Source of the DNA: an uncultured Maribacter sp.
GTDB taxonomy: Bacteria > Bacteroidota > Bacteroidia > Flavobacteriales > Flavobacteriaceae
Direction: 5' to 3'
NCBI RefSeq assembly: GCF_947500985.1
Contig: NZ_CANMTX010000008.1
Coordinates: forward strand, 59,669-123,668
DNA length: 64,000 nt
The number at the start of each line of letters is the position of its first letter. The stretch's first letter is position 1. Both the position numbers and the translations under genes were made by a program. Of the stretch, positions 19,001 through 27,112 are shown piece after piece. The notes under the pieces are model-generated. The model did not search any database. It saw only the letters and a program-made list of their open reading frames with translations, and was not told the DNA's origin.

Positions 19001-19305
19001 GCAACACCTAATCCGTAGATAGTCCATAAAATTAAATACCAATTCATGGGCGATGTTTCTACAGCCTTAACTACTGGTTGTATATCTTGAGGTTCATTTA
19101 TTGATATAATTTGAGTGACTGCCGTGGTGGGTTCTACTTCAATATATTCTGTAAAAACAATTTGGGGTATTATAAAAGAAGCGATAACGGCGGTTAATAG
19201 AAAGTATCTTTTAAAATGGTGCATGCTTTCTTTCTCCAAAAGGAGTTTATAGAAAAGCAAAAATATGCTCATACATGCGGCGGATTTTAAAAGATAGATT
19301 ACCAT
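16069..19305 (-). CDS. M56 (BlaR1/MecR1) family metallopeptidase with large mosaic C-terminal region
   Basis: N-terminal TMs, HEETH zinc motif, WFNPL...HEFLAD and IKKRFIIM motifs; 2 bp downstream of blaI. Confidence 0.9.
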   Translation of the reverse strand: MVIYLLKSAACMSIFLLFYKLLLEKESMHHFKRYFLLTAVIASFIIPQIVFTEYIEVEPTTAVTQIISINEPQDIQPVVKAVETSPMNWYLILWTIYGLGVAGFSLRFLINLYKIWKRIHNNPKTKHSTIYRILLKEQLPPHTFLKYIFLNKRKFEVNSIPDSVIKHEETHAIQRHSLDVLFLEVLQVVFWFNPLIYVYKKTIKLNHEFLADSAVLNGQEDHLNYQNTLLSYLSNDSFKTYQSVGIANAINYSSIKKRFIIMKKQTSKKGIVLRSLLLLPVLALMLYGFSQKNVIAQNTIKDINIEITKSGSLLMNNEPVALEKLSEKALNVNQNIDTYIFKNYITANILYDENQYKLIDQVQSELQSVGIFNIEHFSKRTTGIFNQNGFASSDYDGKTIDEAKKIRRNNVLNTHKTDANNEPLLEIAWIEIKNENEIWFNDQLVPLSKLNEKVKAEFPLAIKNNKLSAQVYTTEHIDSDFTDAITVELRKLNTKSITIFSDRYAMPEDDSSNKLRSDNTSNKNPNRIIELAGLVIDSETLEPLVNAEIKDHNGTVLTKTDIKGYYSFELNNSSPDEINFNLTVKKDGYKSLLQKEHWGNFQSKITSSFFFGLQKNYGATPEFSKLFTSNGNLDYTSVSKNKSIIESERFFNSKLEDAKNGNTNCIVEVNETPYLVDATSWIKLNSTNDIIAINDKENLPAYKLNGYINRNSIKAMSPLESYDTAQFAVYTTSGDINANLSKRAFSTYNKLAKKYNAIHVKKREIPLNDLKILESVYRNLSPAQREEAQPFPKSLPKQNQDGATKEQISTYNKLAKSYNTMISKGGNIRIMKADLDNLNYIYGLMSAKQKTAAEPFPDFPEPPPVPKAPKAPNTAAYADAEIERIIATQDTYDGELLQHKANNLPHNNTAYINTDEELKYDEKKPENTRVYIYNSNSAKTKNNPSLMEYLRSLEKQNAQFYFEGEKISSEEGFVIIKNEKDIKIQTLPYANRPPEIKIYKKTNTDLIPPPPSPPTPPSPLDYAINMAKKGATFFYEGKEVSSDKAIDLLKKKKELNIESREKNGKAEVRITKEPVTIR

Positions 19306-19307
19306 GA

Positions 19308-19673
19308 TTACTTCTTTTCGATTTCTACGTCTATTAGCTTTTTCAATTCTTCTAACTCAGCTTTACTTAAGTTAGTTTCTTGAGTAAAAAAAGATGCGAA
19401 CTGACTAGCGCTATCATTAAAAAAGTTTTTAATGAGCCCATTAACGTGCTTAGAGAAATAATCTTTCTTTTTTACCAACGGAAAGTATTCTCTACTTCTA
19501 CCAAAGTTTTTATAATCAATAAACTTTTTGTCGGCCATTCTTTTTAATAATGTGGCAACAGTGGTCGTAGCAGGTTTTGGCTCTGGGTAAGCATCGAGTA
19601 GATCTTTCATGAAAGCCTTTTTCTGCTTCCATAGAATATTCATTAATTCTTCTTCCGATTTTGACAATTGCAT
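19308..19673 (-). CDS. BlaI/MecI/CopY family repressor
   Basis: MQLSKSEEELMNILW, TTVATLLKRM..K and FFNDSASQFASFF motifs. Confidence 0.92.
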   Translation of the reverse strand: MQLSKSEEELMNILWKQKKAFMKDLLDAYPEPKPATTTVATLLKRMADKKFIDYKNFGRSREYFPLVKKKDYFSKHVNGLIKNFFNDSASQFASFFTQETNLSKAELEELKKLIDVEIEKK

Positions 19674-19677
19674 TTTC

Positions 19678-19735
19678 TACAAGTTTAGAAGGTGTTCTAC
19701 AAACATAGAGTAAATATTTTAATTCTACAAGTGTA
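19678..19735. promoter_or_regulatory. Three BlaI/CopY-type operators (TACAnnTGTA-like)
   Basis: TACAagTTTA 19678-87, TACAaaCATA 19698-707 and perfect TACAagTGTA 19726-35, each in a TTCTACA..AGA context upstream of blaI. Confidence 0.8.
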
Positions 19736-19753
19736 GAGTATTTTTGTTTTTTT

Positions 19754-19826
19754 GCCTTAGGGATAGTAATGAAAAGCCCGTATTCGCTTTTTAGCAAAGC
19801 GTACTTGTAATGTATAGCCCGACCCC
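19754..19826 (-). ncRNA. Probable Flavo-1-type structured RNA / Flavobacterial repeat element
   Basis: Minus strand GGTCGGGCTATACATTACAAGT-[CGCTTT-gctaa-AAAGCG]-..GGGCTTTTCATTACTATCCCTAAGGC, with an internal GGGCTwTwCATTACwA duplication; resembles the Flavo-1 family as I recall it, not verified. Confidence 0.55.
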
Positions 19827-19895
19827 AATTCTTTGGGGAAAGGTCCAATTGACCCACTTAAAAGATGTAAATTTGTATTATAAAAATAATGAATA

Positions 19896-20474
19896 ATGAG
19901 TGTATTAGCTGATTTGGAAGCACGTAGTAGCTCCACTTGCGAATTATGTACGGGAATCAATAATTTAGAAGTTTTTGGAGTAGAACCGGTTTCTATTAGC
20001 GGAGTCGATTCTAGTATTTTAGCATGCGAAACATGCCGAACTCAAATTGAAGACCCAGAACAAATGGATGCAAACCACTGGCGTTGTCTTAATGACAGTA
20101 TGTGGAGCGAGTATGATTCTGTTAAAGTTGTGGCTTGGAGAATGCTATCTAGACTAAAGTCTGAAGGTTGGCCTAAAGATTTATTGGACATGATTTATTT
20201 AGAGCCAGAAGCTCTAGACTGGGCAAAGGCAACAGGTGAAGGTTTAGCGGAAGCCGATAAGATTATTCATAGAGATGTGAACGGGGTAATTTTAGAAAAT
20301 GGGGATAGCGTTGTTTTAGTAAAAGATTTGAAGATAAAAGGATCTAGCCAAGTTGCTAAGCAAGGTACTGCAGTTCGAAAAATTTCATTAGATCGTGAAA
20401 ATGCAGAATATATAGAAGGTAAAGTAGGACCAACAATGACGGTTATAATTACCAAATACGTTAAGAAAATATAG
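19896..20474 (+). CDS. PhnA/YjdM domain protein with N-terminal zinc ribbon
   Basis: CELC..CETC, HWRCLNDSMWSE and GDSVVLVKDLKIKGS motifs; TAAATTTG promoter element at 19868-19875. Confidence 0.85.
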   Translation: MSVLADLEARSSSTCELCTGINNLEVFGVEPVSISGVDSSILACETCRTQIEDPEQMDANHWRCLNDSMWSEYDSVKVVAWRMLSRLKSEGWPKDLLDMIYLEPEALDWAKATGEGLAEADKIIHRDVNGVILENGDSVVLVKDLKIKGSSQVAKQGTAVRKISLDRENAEYIEGKVGPTMTVIITKYVKKI

Positions 20475-20514
20475 TTTTTAGTTCATGGAACTTTAATAGC
20501 ATCTAATTTGTCTG

Positions 20515-20556
20515 AAAAAATAAAACGTCTTTACTCCTAAAGACGTTTTATTTTTT
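20515..20556. terminator. Bidirectional intrinsic terminator
   Basis: A6-TAAAACGTCTTT-loop-AAAGACGTTTTA-T6 between convergent genes. Confidence 0.85.
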
Positions 20557-20565
20557 AATTTATTT

Positions 20566-20613
20566 TCAACTGTCAACTGTCAACTGTCAACTGTCAACTG
20601 TCAACTGTCAACT
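20566..20613. repeat. Perfect heptamer tandem repeat (TCAACTG) x6.9
   Basis: Six complete copies plus 6/7 of a seventh, overlapping the dipeptidase stop codon. Confidence 0.95.
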
Positions 20614-22003
20614 ATTTCTTGGTCATTTCTGTAAAATACTCATAGAAATAAGGGATGGTTTCAATTCCTTTAAAATAGTTCCATACTCCGAAATGTTCGT
20701 TAGGGGAGTGTATGGCATCACTATCTAGACCAAAGCCCATAAGTATAGTCTTGCTTTTTAGTTCTTGCTCAAATAAAGAAACAATAGGAATACTACCACC
20801 ACTACGTTGCGGAATTGGTTTTTTGCCAAATGTAGTTTCATAAGCTTTTGAAGCTGCTTGGTAAGCAATGGTATCAATGGGAGTAACATATCCTTGTCCG
20901 CCATGATGTGGTTTCACGACCACTTTTACACCTTTAGGTGCTATAGCTTCAAAATGAGTTTTGAATAAATCGGTAATTTCTTTCCAATCTTGATTAGGAA
21001 CCAATCGCATAGATATTTTTGCGAATGCTTTACTCGCAATAACAGTTTTTGCACCTTCGCCAGTATATCCGCCCCAAATACCATTAACATCTAATGTTGG
21101 TCTAATAGAATTACGTTCGTTAGTAGAATATCCTTTTTCTCCGTAAACAGATTCAATATCCAAAGCCTCTTGGTATTTTTCAATACTAAAAGGTGCTTTT
21201 GCCATTTCTGCACGTTCTTCAGTAGAAAGCTCTTCTACCTTATCATAAAAACCTGGTATAGTAATATGATTATTTTCATCATGTAGACTAGCAATCATTT
21301 TAGTTAGAATGTTGATAGGGTTGGCAACGGCACCGCCATATAATCCTGAATGTAAATCACGATTAGGACCAGTAACCTCTACTTCAACATAACTTAGACC
21401 GCGTAAACCTGTAGTTATAGACGGCACATCATTGGCAATCATACCTGTATCCGATATTAAAATAACATCGTTTGCCAGCTTCTCTCTATTTTCAGCGACG
21501 TAGATGGCAAGATTATTACTGCCAACTTCTTCTTCACCTTCAATCATGAATTTTACATTACATGGCAGTTGATTAGTTTTTACTATCAACTCCAATGCTT
21601 TTACATGCATATACATTTGACCCTTGTCATCACATGCTCCACGCGCAAATATGGCACCTTCTGGGTGTAATTTCGTTTTTTTAATTACCGGCTCATAAGG
21701 TGGCGAAGTCCATAATTCCAATGGTTCTGCCGGTTGTACATCATAATGGCCATATACTAGAACCGTTGGTAGATCTTTATTTATGAATTTTTCACCATAT
21801 ACTATTGGGTAACCAGCTGTTTCATGAATTTCAACAATATCACAACCTGCTTCTTCTAATCTGGTTTTAACTGTTTTGGCAGTATCTAACACATCTTGAG
21901 AAAAGGCAGGGTCTGCGCTAACAGACGGAATCTTAAGTAGTTCGATAAGCTCATTTAAAAATCGGTCCTTATTTTCCGATAGATAATTCTTTACGTTTTT
22001 CAT
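20612..22003 (-). CDS. M20/M25/M40 family dipeptidase
   Basis: YGHYDVQP, RGACDDKGQ, EGEEEVGS and IHSPNEH motifs. Confidence 0.92.
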   Translation of the reverse strand: MKNVKNYLSENKDRFLNELIELLKIPSVSADPAFSQDVLDTAKTVKTRLEEAGCDIVEIHETAGYPIVYGEKFINKDLPTVLVYGHYDVQPAEPLELWTSPPYEPVIKKTKLHPEGAIFARGACDDKGQMYMHVKALELIVKTNQLPCNVKFMIEGEEEVGSNNLAIYVAENREKLANDVILISDTGMIANDVPSITTGLRGLSYVEVEVTGPNRDLHSGLYGGAVANPINILTKMIASLHDENNHITIPGFYDKVEELSTEERAEMAKAPFSIEKYQEALDIESVYGEKGYSTNERNSIRPTLDVNGIWGGYTGEGAKTVIASKAFAKISMRLVPNQDWKEITDLFKTHFEAIAPKGVKVVVKPHHGGQGYVTPIDTIAYQAASKAYETTFGKKPIPQRSGGSIPIVSLFEQELKSKTILMGFGLDSDAIHSPNEHFGVWNYFKGIETIPYFYEYFTEMTKK

Positions 22004-22086
22004 GTGCTATTTTATATGACTTTCGATAAAAGTACAAAAAGCGTAATTTTTAAATAGCTAAAATTTAGAGAATTGATTTTTTGCGT

Positions 22087-22094
22087 TATATTTG
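22087..22094 (+). promoter_or_regulatory. -7 promoter element for tRNA-Leu
   Basis: TATATTTG matches TAnnTTTG. Confidence 0.65.
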
Positions 22095-22131
22095 CACCCC
22101 GATAATCACATATCGTGATTTAGGAAAGTAT

Positions 22132-22213
22132 GCAGGCGTGGTGGAATTGGTAGACACGCTAGACTTAGGATCTAGTGCCTTGCGGTGTGAGAGTTCGAGT
22201 CTCTCCGCCTGTA
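22132..22213 (+). tRNA. tRNA-Leu(TAG)
   Basis: Acceptor GCAGGCG/CGCCTGT, anticodon arm CTAGA-CT TAG GA-TCTAG, GTTCGAG T-loop, long variable arm; CCA not encoded. Confidence 0.97.
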
Positions 22214-22220
22214 CAATGAG

Positions 22221-22250
22221 AAGCCTCTTGAGAAATCAAGAGGTTTTTTT
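22221..22250 (+). terminator. Intrinsic terminator after tRNA-Leu
   Basis: AAGCCTCTTG-agaaat-CAAGAGGTTT plus T run. Confidence 0.8.
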
Positions 22251-22377
22251 ATGTGCTAGATTTAATCAACTCTCGACTTTACTAAATATCACGCCCATTA
22301 TTTCTTACCCTTGTAAGTTTTCATTATTATTTACTTCTAATGCAATGGTAATGCTAACAGTATAGAAATAATATAAT

Positions 22378-23586
22378 ATGGGCTTCGAAAAAGTAACTTT
22401 CACAAATTCTCAAGGAAAACAATTGGCTGCACGGTTAGAGTTGCCTACTAATCAAGATGCACACAGTTATGCAATTTTTGCGCATTGTTTTACATGTAAT
22501 AAAAACTTATCTGCAGTCCGTAATATTTCAAGAGCATTAGTAAATAAAGGTATAGCGGTACTTCGGTTCGATTTTACGGGTTTAGGAGATAGTGAAGGTG
22601 ATTTTGAAGAAACCAATTTTACATCTAATGTTTCTGATCTAATACAGGCAGCTAAATTTTTGGAAGATAATTATAAGGCTCCTTCTTTATTGGTAGGGCA
22701 TTCATTAGGTGGTGCCGCAGTAATTTTTGCCGCTTCGCAATTAGAATCAGTATTGGCTGTAGCAACTGTTGGGGCGCCATCTTCTCCTTCGCATGTGCAG
22801 CATTTGTTCAAATCAAGTGTAGCGGAGATTAATGCGACCGGTAAAGCAAAGGTGAATATAGGTGGTAGAGATTTTACCATTAATAAAGATTTTATAGATG
22901 ATATTGAGTCAAAACCTATGGAGTCTGTGCTTAAGAACATGAGAAAACCTTTTTTGGTTATTCATTCGCCACAAGATACCATAGTAGGTATTGAAAATGC
23001 GAAAGAATTATACAGCTATGCGCATCACCCAAAAAGTTTTGTGTCAATTGATAAGGCAGACCATTTATTAATGAATAGTGCAGATTCTACTTATGTTGGT
23101 AATGTAATATCTGGTTGGGCAGAACGTTATTTAGATATTCCGAAGAAAGAGATTTTAAAAACTTCTCATCAAGTGGCGGTAAGTATCGGTAATGAAGGGT
23201 TTACCTCTGAAATTGTTTCGGGTAATCATTTGTTAATAGCTGATGAGCCAATAGATTTTGGAGGCAATGATTTTGGACCATCACCCTATGACTATTTGGC
23301 TTCTGGTTTAGGTGCTTGTACGGCAATGACCTTAAGAATGTATGCGACCCGTAAAAAATGGGATTTACAAAAGGTAATTGTACATGTAGATCATGGTAAA
23401 GATCATGCGCCAGATTCAGAAAATGTTTCTTCTGACGGAAAAAAAATTGATACTTTCAAAAGAGAAATAGAAATATTCGGAAATTTAGATGAAAGGCAAC
23501 GACAAAGGTTGTTAGAAATAGCAGATAAATGTCCTGTACATAAAACGCTTTCTAAAGGCGCTATGATTAAGACAGAATTAAAATAA
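22378..23586 (+). CDS. Bifunctional alpha/beta hydrolase / OsmC family protein
   Basis: FAHCFTC, GHSLGG nucleophile elbow; C-terminal GPSPYDYLASGLGACT and ADKCPVHKTL. Confidence 0.92.
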   Translation: MGFEKVTFTNSQGKQLAARLELPTNQDAHSYAIFAHCFTCNKNLSAVRNISRALVNKGIAVLRFDFTGLGDSEGDFEETNFTSNVSDLIQAAKFLEDNYKAPSLLVGHSLGGAAVIFAASQLESVLAVATVGAPSSPSHVQHLFKSSVAEINATGKAKVNIGGRDFTINKDFIDDIESKPMESVLKNMRKPFLVIHSPQDTIVGIENAKELYSYAHHPKSFVSIDKADHLLMNSADSTYVGNVISGWAERYLDIPKKEILKTSHQVAVSIGNEGFTSEIVSGNHLLIADEPIDFGGNDFGPSPYDYLASGLGACTAMTLRMYATRKKWDLQKVIVHVDHGKDHAPDSENVSSDGKKIDTFKREIEIFGNLDERQRQRLLEIADKCPVHKTLSKGAMIKTELK

Positions 23587-23607
23587 TATGATTTAAGAAT
23601 TAAAACT

Positions 23608-23889
23608 ATGATACAAGCAATTTGGAATAATAAGGTGATTGCAGAAAGTGATGCAACTGTTGTAATTGAAGGAAATCATTATTTTCCGCCGAACGATATT
23701 AAAAAAGAGTTTTTTAAAAGTACAGAAACTCATAGTATGTGCCCTTGGAAAGGCATTGCATCTTATTACGATCTAGAAGTAGACGGTGAAGTAAATAAAG
23801 ATGCGGCATGGTATTATCCAGAAGTTTCTGAATTAGCAAATGGTATTAAAGGTTATGTTGCCTTTTGGAAAGGTGTTGAAGTGAAATAG
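23608..23889 (+). CDS. DUF427 family protein
   Basis: EGNHYFP, CPWKGIASYY and DAAWYYP motifs. Confidence 0.9.
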   Translation: MIQAIWNNKVIAESDATVVIEGNHYFPPNDIKKEFFKSTETHSMCPWKGIASYYDLEVDGEVNKDAAWYYPEVSELANGIKGYVAFWKGVEVK

Positions 23890-23909
23890 AGTATTAGTTA
23901 TAGATTATT

Positions 23910-23938
23910 AAAGGGTCAGCCAAAAGCTGACCCTTTTT
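23910..23938 (+). terminator. Intrinsic terminator
   Basis: AAAGGGTCAGC-caaaa-GCTGACCCTTT plus T run. Confidence 0.85.
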
Positions 23939-24008
23939 GTATTGATAAATTATCATTCCGTATTAAATACCTTATATTTAAATTTAATAAATTTTGATGT
24001 TCGCTTAA

Positions 24009-26813
24009 ATGATATTGAAATCTTTATATAGCTTAATTTTTCTTTTTGCCTTGTGCGTCTCGGGTCAAGAGCTCCCACCAATTCAAAATTACACTCCTAT
24101 TGAATATAATGCTGGTAACCAGAATTGGTCTATTGCCCAATCTAATGAACAGACAATGTATGTTGCAAACAATAATGGATTGTTAGAGTTTAATGGAAAT
24201 ACTTGGAACTTGTATCAAGTGCCTTATGGCACTCCCGTAAAATCTGTTATGGTTTTAAATGAAAGGGTGTTTACAGGCAGTTATATGCAATTTGGGTATT
24301 GGGTACGTAATGAATTTGGAGTTTTGATCTACACATCTATTTCTGACCAGTTGAAAACACCGCTTATTGAAGATGAAGATTTTTGGAATATATCGCATTT
24401 CAAAGACTGGGTTTTATTTCAATCATTAGATAGAATTTATATTTACAATATTAAAAAGGCAACATTTGAAATTTTGGATGCCAAAAGTAATAGCCCTAAA
24501 ATATTTGAATTAGGCAATAAAATATTTTTTCAAAAGCTGGGTGAAGGTTTATTTACATTAGAGAATGGAGAGCCTATTTTAGTGTCTGATGACTTAATCC
24601 TTAAGCAGACTAATGTAGTTGGTGCATTTCTTGCGGATAATAGAATACTAATCATTACAGAACAGGCAGAATTCTTTTATCTAGAAAATAATATTCTAGT
24701 TGAATGGAAATTGCCTGTAGAGACAGATTTATATCTGAGTAAGATTTATAGTGCTATACGTTTAAATGATGGGTCTTATGTCTTGGGTACAATCTCAAAA
24801 GGCATATTTCAATTAGATGTAAATGGTAATATCATAAGAAATATTAATCAAGAAAAAGGTCTTAACAACAATACAGTATTGTCGTTATTTCAAGATATAG
24901 ATAATAACCTGTGGCTTGGGTTGGATAATGGAGTTAGCGTTATCAATTTAGACTCGCCTTTTAAAGAATATATTGACCATGTAGGGGCTTTAGGTGTTGT
25001 TTATACTGCTAATAAAAAAGGTGATTTTTTATATTTAGGTACAAATCAAGGACTGTTTTATAAAAAATATCAAGAAGGAAATGCTTTTAAACTCATTAAA
25101 GGTACCCAAGGTCAAGTTTGGTTGTTAAAAGAAATTAACGGTACATTATTCTGTGGTCATCACAATGGAACTTTTGTTATATCGGATGATACTGCTACGA
25201 AAATTTCAGAAGTTTCAGGTACATGGGATATTCAAAGTATAGAAAATAAACAAGAATTGCTAATTCAAGGTAATTATAAGGGTTTAAGTGTACTTGAGCA
25301 AATCGGTGATAAATGGCAATACCGAAATAGTATTGATGGTTTTGATAGTTCAAGTAGATTTTTTGAGTTCGTCGGAGAAAATCATTTACTGGTCAATCAT
25401 GATTATAAGGGAATTTTTGACTTGCAAATTAACCCCGAATATAAGAGGGTTGTAAAACTAAACAGTAGGGAGTCTAAAGGTAATGGTTCTAGCTTGGTTA
25501 GATTTAAGGGTGATATTCTTTATAGTACTATTAACGGTGTTTTCAAATACAATATAAATCAACATGAATTTTTAATAGATTCAGTACTGACAAGCAAATT
25601 TTTTAATGCTGATGAGCGTATTATCGGCATACTTCAGGCGACTAACAATTTCGAAAGGTTATGGGGATTTACTAATGATAATATAATTACTGTTTCTAAT
25701 GGGTATTTAAGTAAAGAACCACAAACGGTTAAAATTTCAATTCCAAATTTTTTTAGGCGTAGTATGGGAATCTTAGGTTTTGAATCTATCGTGCATATAG
25801 ATAAAGATCTTTATTTGATAGGTATTTCTAACGGTTATGTCACTTTAGATTTAAGTGAAGTTAAACAGAGTGATTATCAAATAATGATAAATTCTGTTTC
25901 TGGAAAGTCTAATGAGGTCCCTAAAATTGATATTTCTCTTCAAGACAATCAAGAATTAGAGTATTCAGAAAATAACGTAAGTTTTAGTTATAATGTTACA
26001 GAGTATGATAGATATACAGAGGTGTATTATCAAAACAAATTAAAAGGTTTAAATGAAGAATGGAGCACTTGGTCACTTATTCCCAATACTTCCTTTGATA
26101 ATCTGCCGTATGGCTCTTATGAGTTTAAGGTGAGGTCCAAAGTGGGTAATAGTATGTCAATTAATACAGCTGTTTATAGCTTTAAAATTCTAAGACCTTG
26201 GTATGCGTCATATTGGGCTATTTTATGTTATGTCATACTAGCAGCTTTAATCTCTTTTCTAATTCACAGAAATTATAAGAACTATTACAAGAAACAGCAA
26301 AATCAACTTATAAAAGCTAATAACAAACGATTAAAACGTAAGAAACTAAAAAACCAGAAGAAGATAGTTCAAATAAAAAATGATCAATTACAAGAGCTTG
26401 TTGATAGTAAAAATAGAGAGTTGGCAATCTCTACAATGAGTATTATTAAGAAGAATGAGTTTTTAAGTGCTATTAAAGATCAATTGAAAAGTAGCACTGA
26501 TAACCCAAAGGTGAAATCTGTTATTAAAACTATTGATAGAAATATTAATAATGAAGACGATTGGAAATTTTTTGAAAGTGCATTTAATAATGCAGATAAA
26601 GATTTCTTGAAAAAGGTGAAAGAAAAGCACTCTGAGCTATCTGCTAATGATCTAAGGTTGTGCGCCTACTTAAGATTAAACCTGTCTTCTAAAGAAATTG
26701 CACCTCTTTTGAATATATCGGTCAGAAGTGTTGAGGTGAAACGATACCGCCTGCGTAAAAAAATGAAACTTCCACGTGAAACTGGTTTAACAGACTATAT
26801 CATCAGTTTATAA
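24009..26813 (+). CDS. One-component regulator: periplasmic beta-propeller + Y_Y_Y domain + TM + LuxR-type HTH
   Basis: Signal peptide, NQNW and LWLGLDNG propeller repeats, PYGSYEFKVRS...FKILRPWY, C-terminal LCAYLRLNLSSKEIAPLLNISVRSVEVKRYRLRKK. Confidence 0.9.
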   Translation: MILKSLYSLIFLFALCVSGQELPPIQNYTPIEYNAGNQNWSIAQSNEQTMYVANNNGLLEFNGNTWNLYQVPYGTPVKSVMVLNERVFTGSYMQFGYWVRNEFGVLIYTSISDQLKTPLIEDEDFWNISHFKDWVLFQSLDRIYIYNIKKATFEILDAKSNSPKIFELGNKIFFQKLGEGLFTLENGEPILVSDDLILKQTNVVGAFLADNRILIITEQAEFFYLENNILVEWKLPVETDLYLSKIYSAIRLNDGSYVLGTISKGIFQLDVNGNIIRNINQEKGLNNNTVLSLFQDIDNNLWLGLDNGVSVINLDSPFKEYIDHVGALGVVYTANKKGDFLYLGTNQGLFYKKYQEGNAFKLIKGTQGQVWLLKEINGTLFCGHHNGTFVISDDTATKISEVSGTWDIQSIENKQELLIQGNYKGLSVLEQIGDKWQYRNSIDGFDSSSRFFEFVGENHLLVNHDYKGIFDLQINPEYKRVVKLNSRESKGNGSSLVRFKGDILYSTINGVFKYNINQHEFLIDSVLTSKFFNADERIIGILQATNNFERLWGFTNDNIITVSNGYLSKEPQTVKISIPNFFRRSMGILGFESIVHIDKDLYLIGISNGYVTLDLSEVKQSDYQIMINSVSGKSNEVPKIDISLQDNQELEYSENNVSFSYNVTEYDRYTEVYYQNKLKGLNEEWSTWSLIPNTSFDNLPYGSYEFKVRSKVGNSMSINTAVYSFKILRPWYASYWAILCYVILAALISFLIHRNYKNYYKKQQNQLIKANNKRLKRKKLKNQKKIVQIKNDQLQELVDSKNRELAISTMSIIKKNEFLSAIKDQLKSSTDNPKVKSVIKTIDRNINNEDDWKFFESAFNNADKDFLKKVKEKHSELSANDLRLCAYLRLNLSSKEIAPLLNISVRSVEVKRYRLRKKMKLPRETGLTDYIISL

Positions 26814-26816
26814 TCT

Positions 26817-27067
26817 CCCCTACAAAACTTTAAACTACCACAACATTACCACAACATTGACTTATTTATTGTATTTATTATATGTATTTTATTCCCGCTT
26901 TTAAGTGGATGATTCACTGCTTTTTATTATCATAATCTCTATTTTTTACTATTAATTTTAAATTGTATGTTTTTTGTAGGGGTAAAAATTTACAATTTGA
27001 TAATTGCTTAATGTAAATTGCATAAGCGATTATCTGTATTCAAACACTACATAGTTAGTTGGTGGTA
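26817..27067. promoter_or_regulatory. Cluster of CCMCWACA-type motifs, candidate operators of the adjacent LuxR-type regulator
   Basis: CCCCTACA 26817, TACCACAACAT x2 at 26836-26857, inverted TTTTGTAGGGGTA 26972-26984, ACACTACAT 27044. Confidence 0.55.
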
Positions 27068-27112
27068 TGTTTAGATAAATCGTAAATCAAATAATTAACT
27101 AAAAAAATAACT

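Noticed and set aside
19516-19960. ORFs 19516..19857 and 19757..19960 on the minus strand
   Set aside because: They overlap blaI, the operators, the structured repeat element and phnA, with no recognisable protein motifs
20566-20613. Tandem repeat as a CRISPR array
   Set aside because: 7-bp contiguous units with no spacers, and no cas genes in the window
22132-22250. tRNA-Leu or tRNA-Ser as integration sites for an island
   Set aside because: No integrase and no duplicated tRNA 3' end seen; flanking genes are ordinary
22081-22365. 94-aa ORF from the track
   Set aside because: It overlaps tRNA-Leu and its terminator; spurious
24009-26813. AT-rich stretch as a horizontally acquired island
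   Set aside because: No mobility genes or flanking direct repeats, and composition could not be quantified without tools
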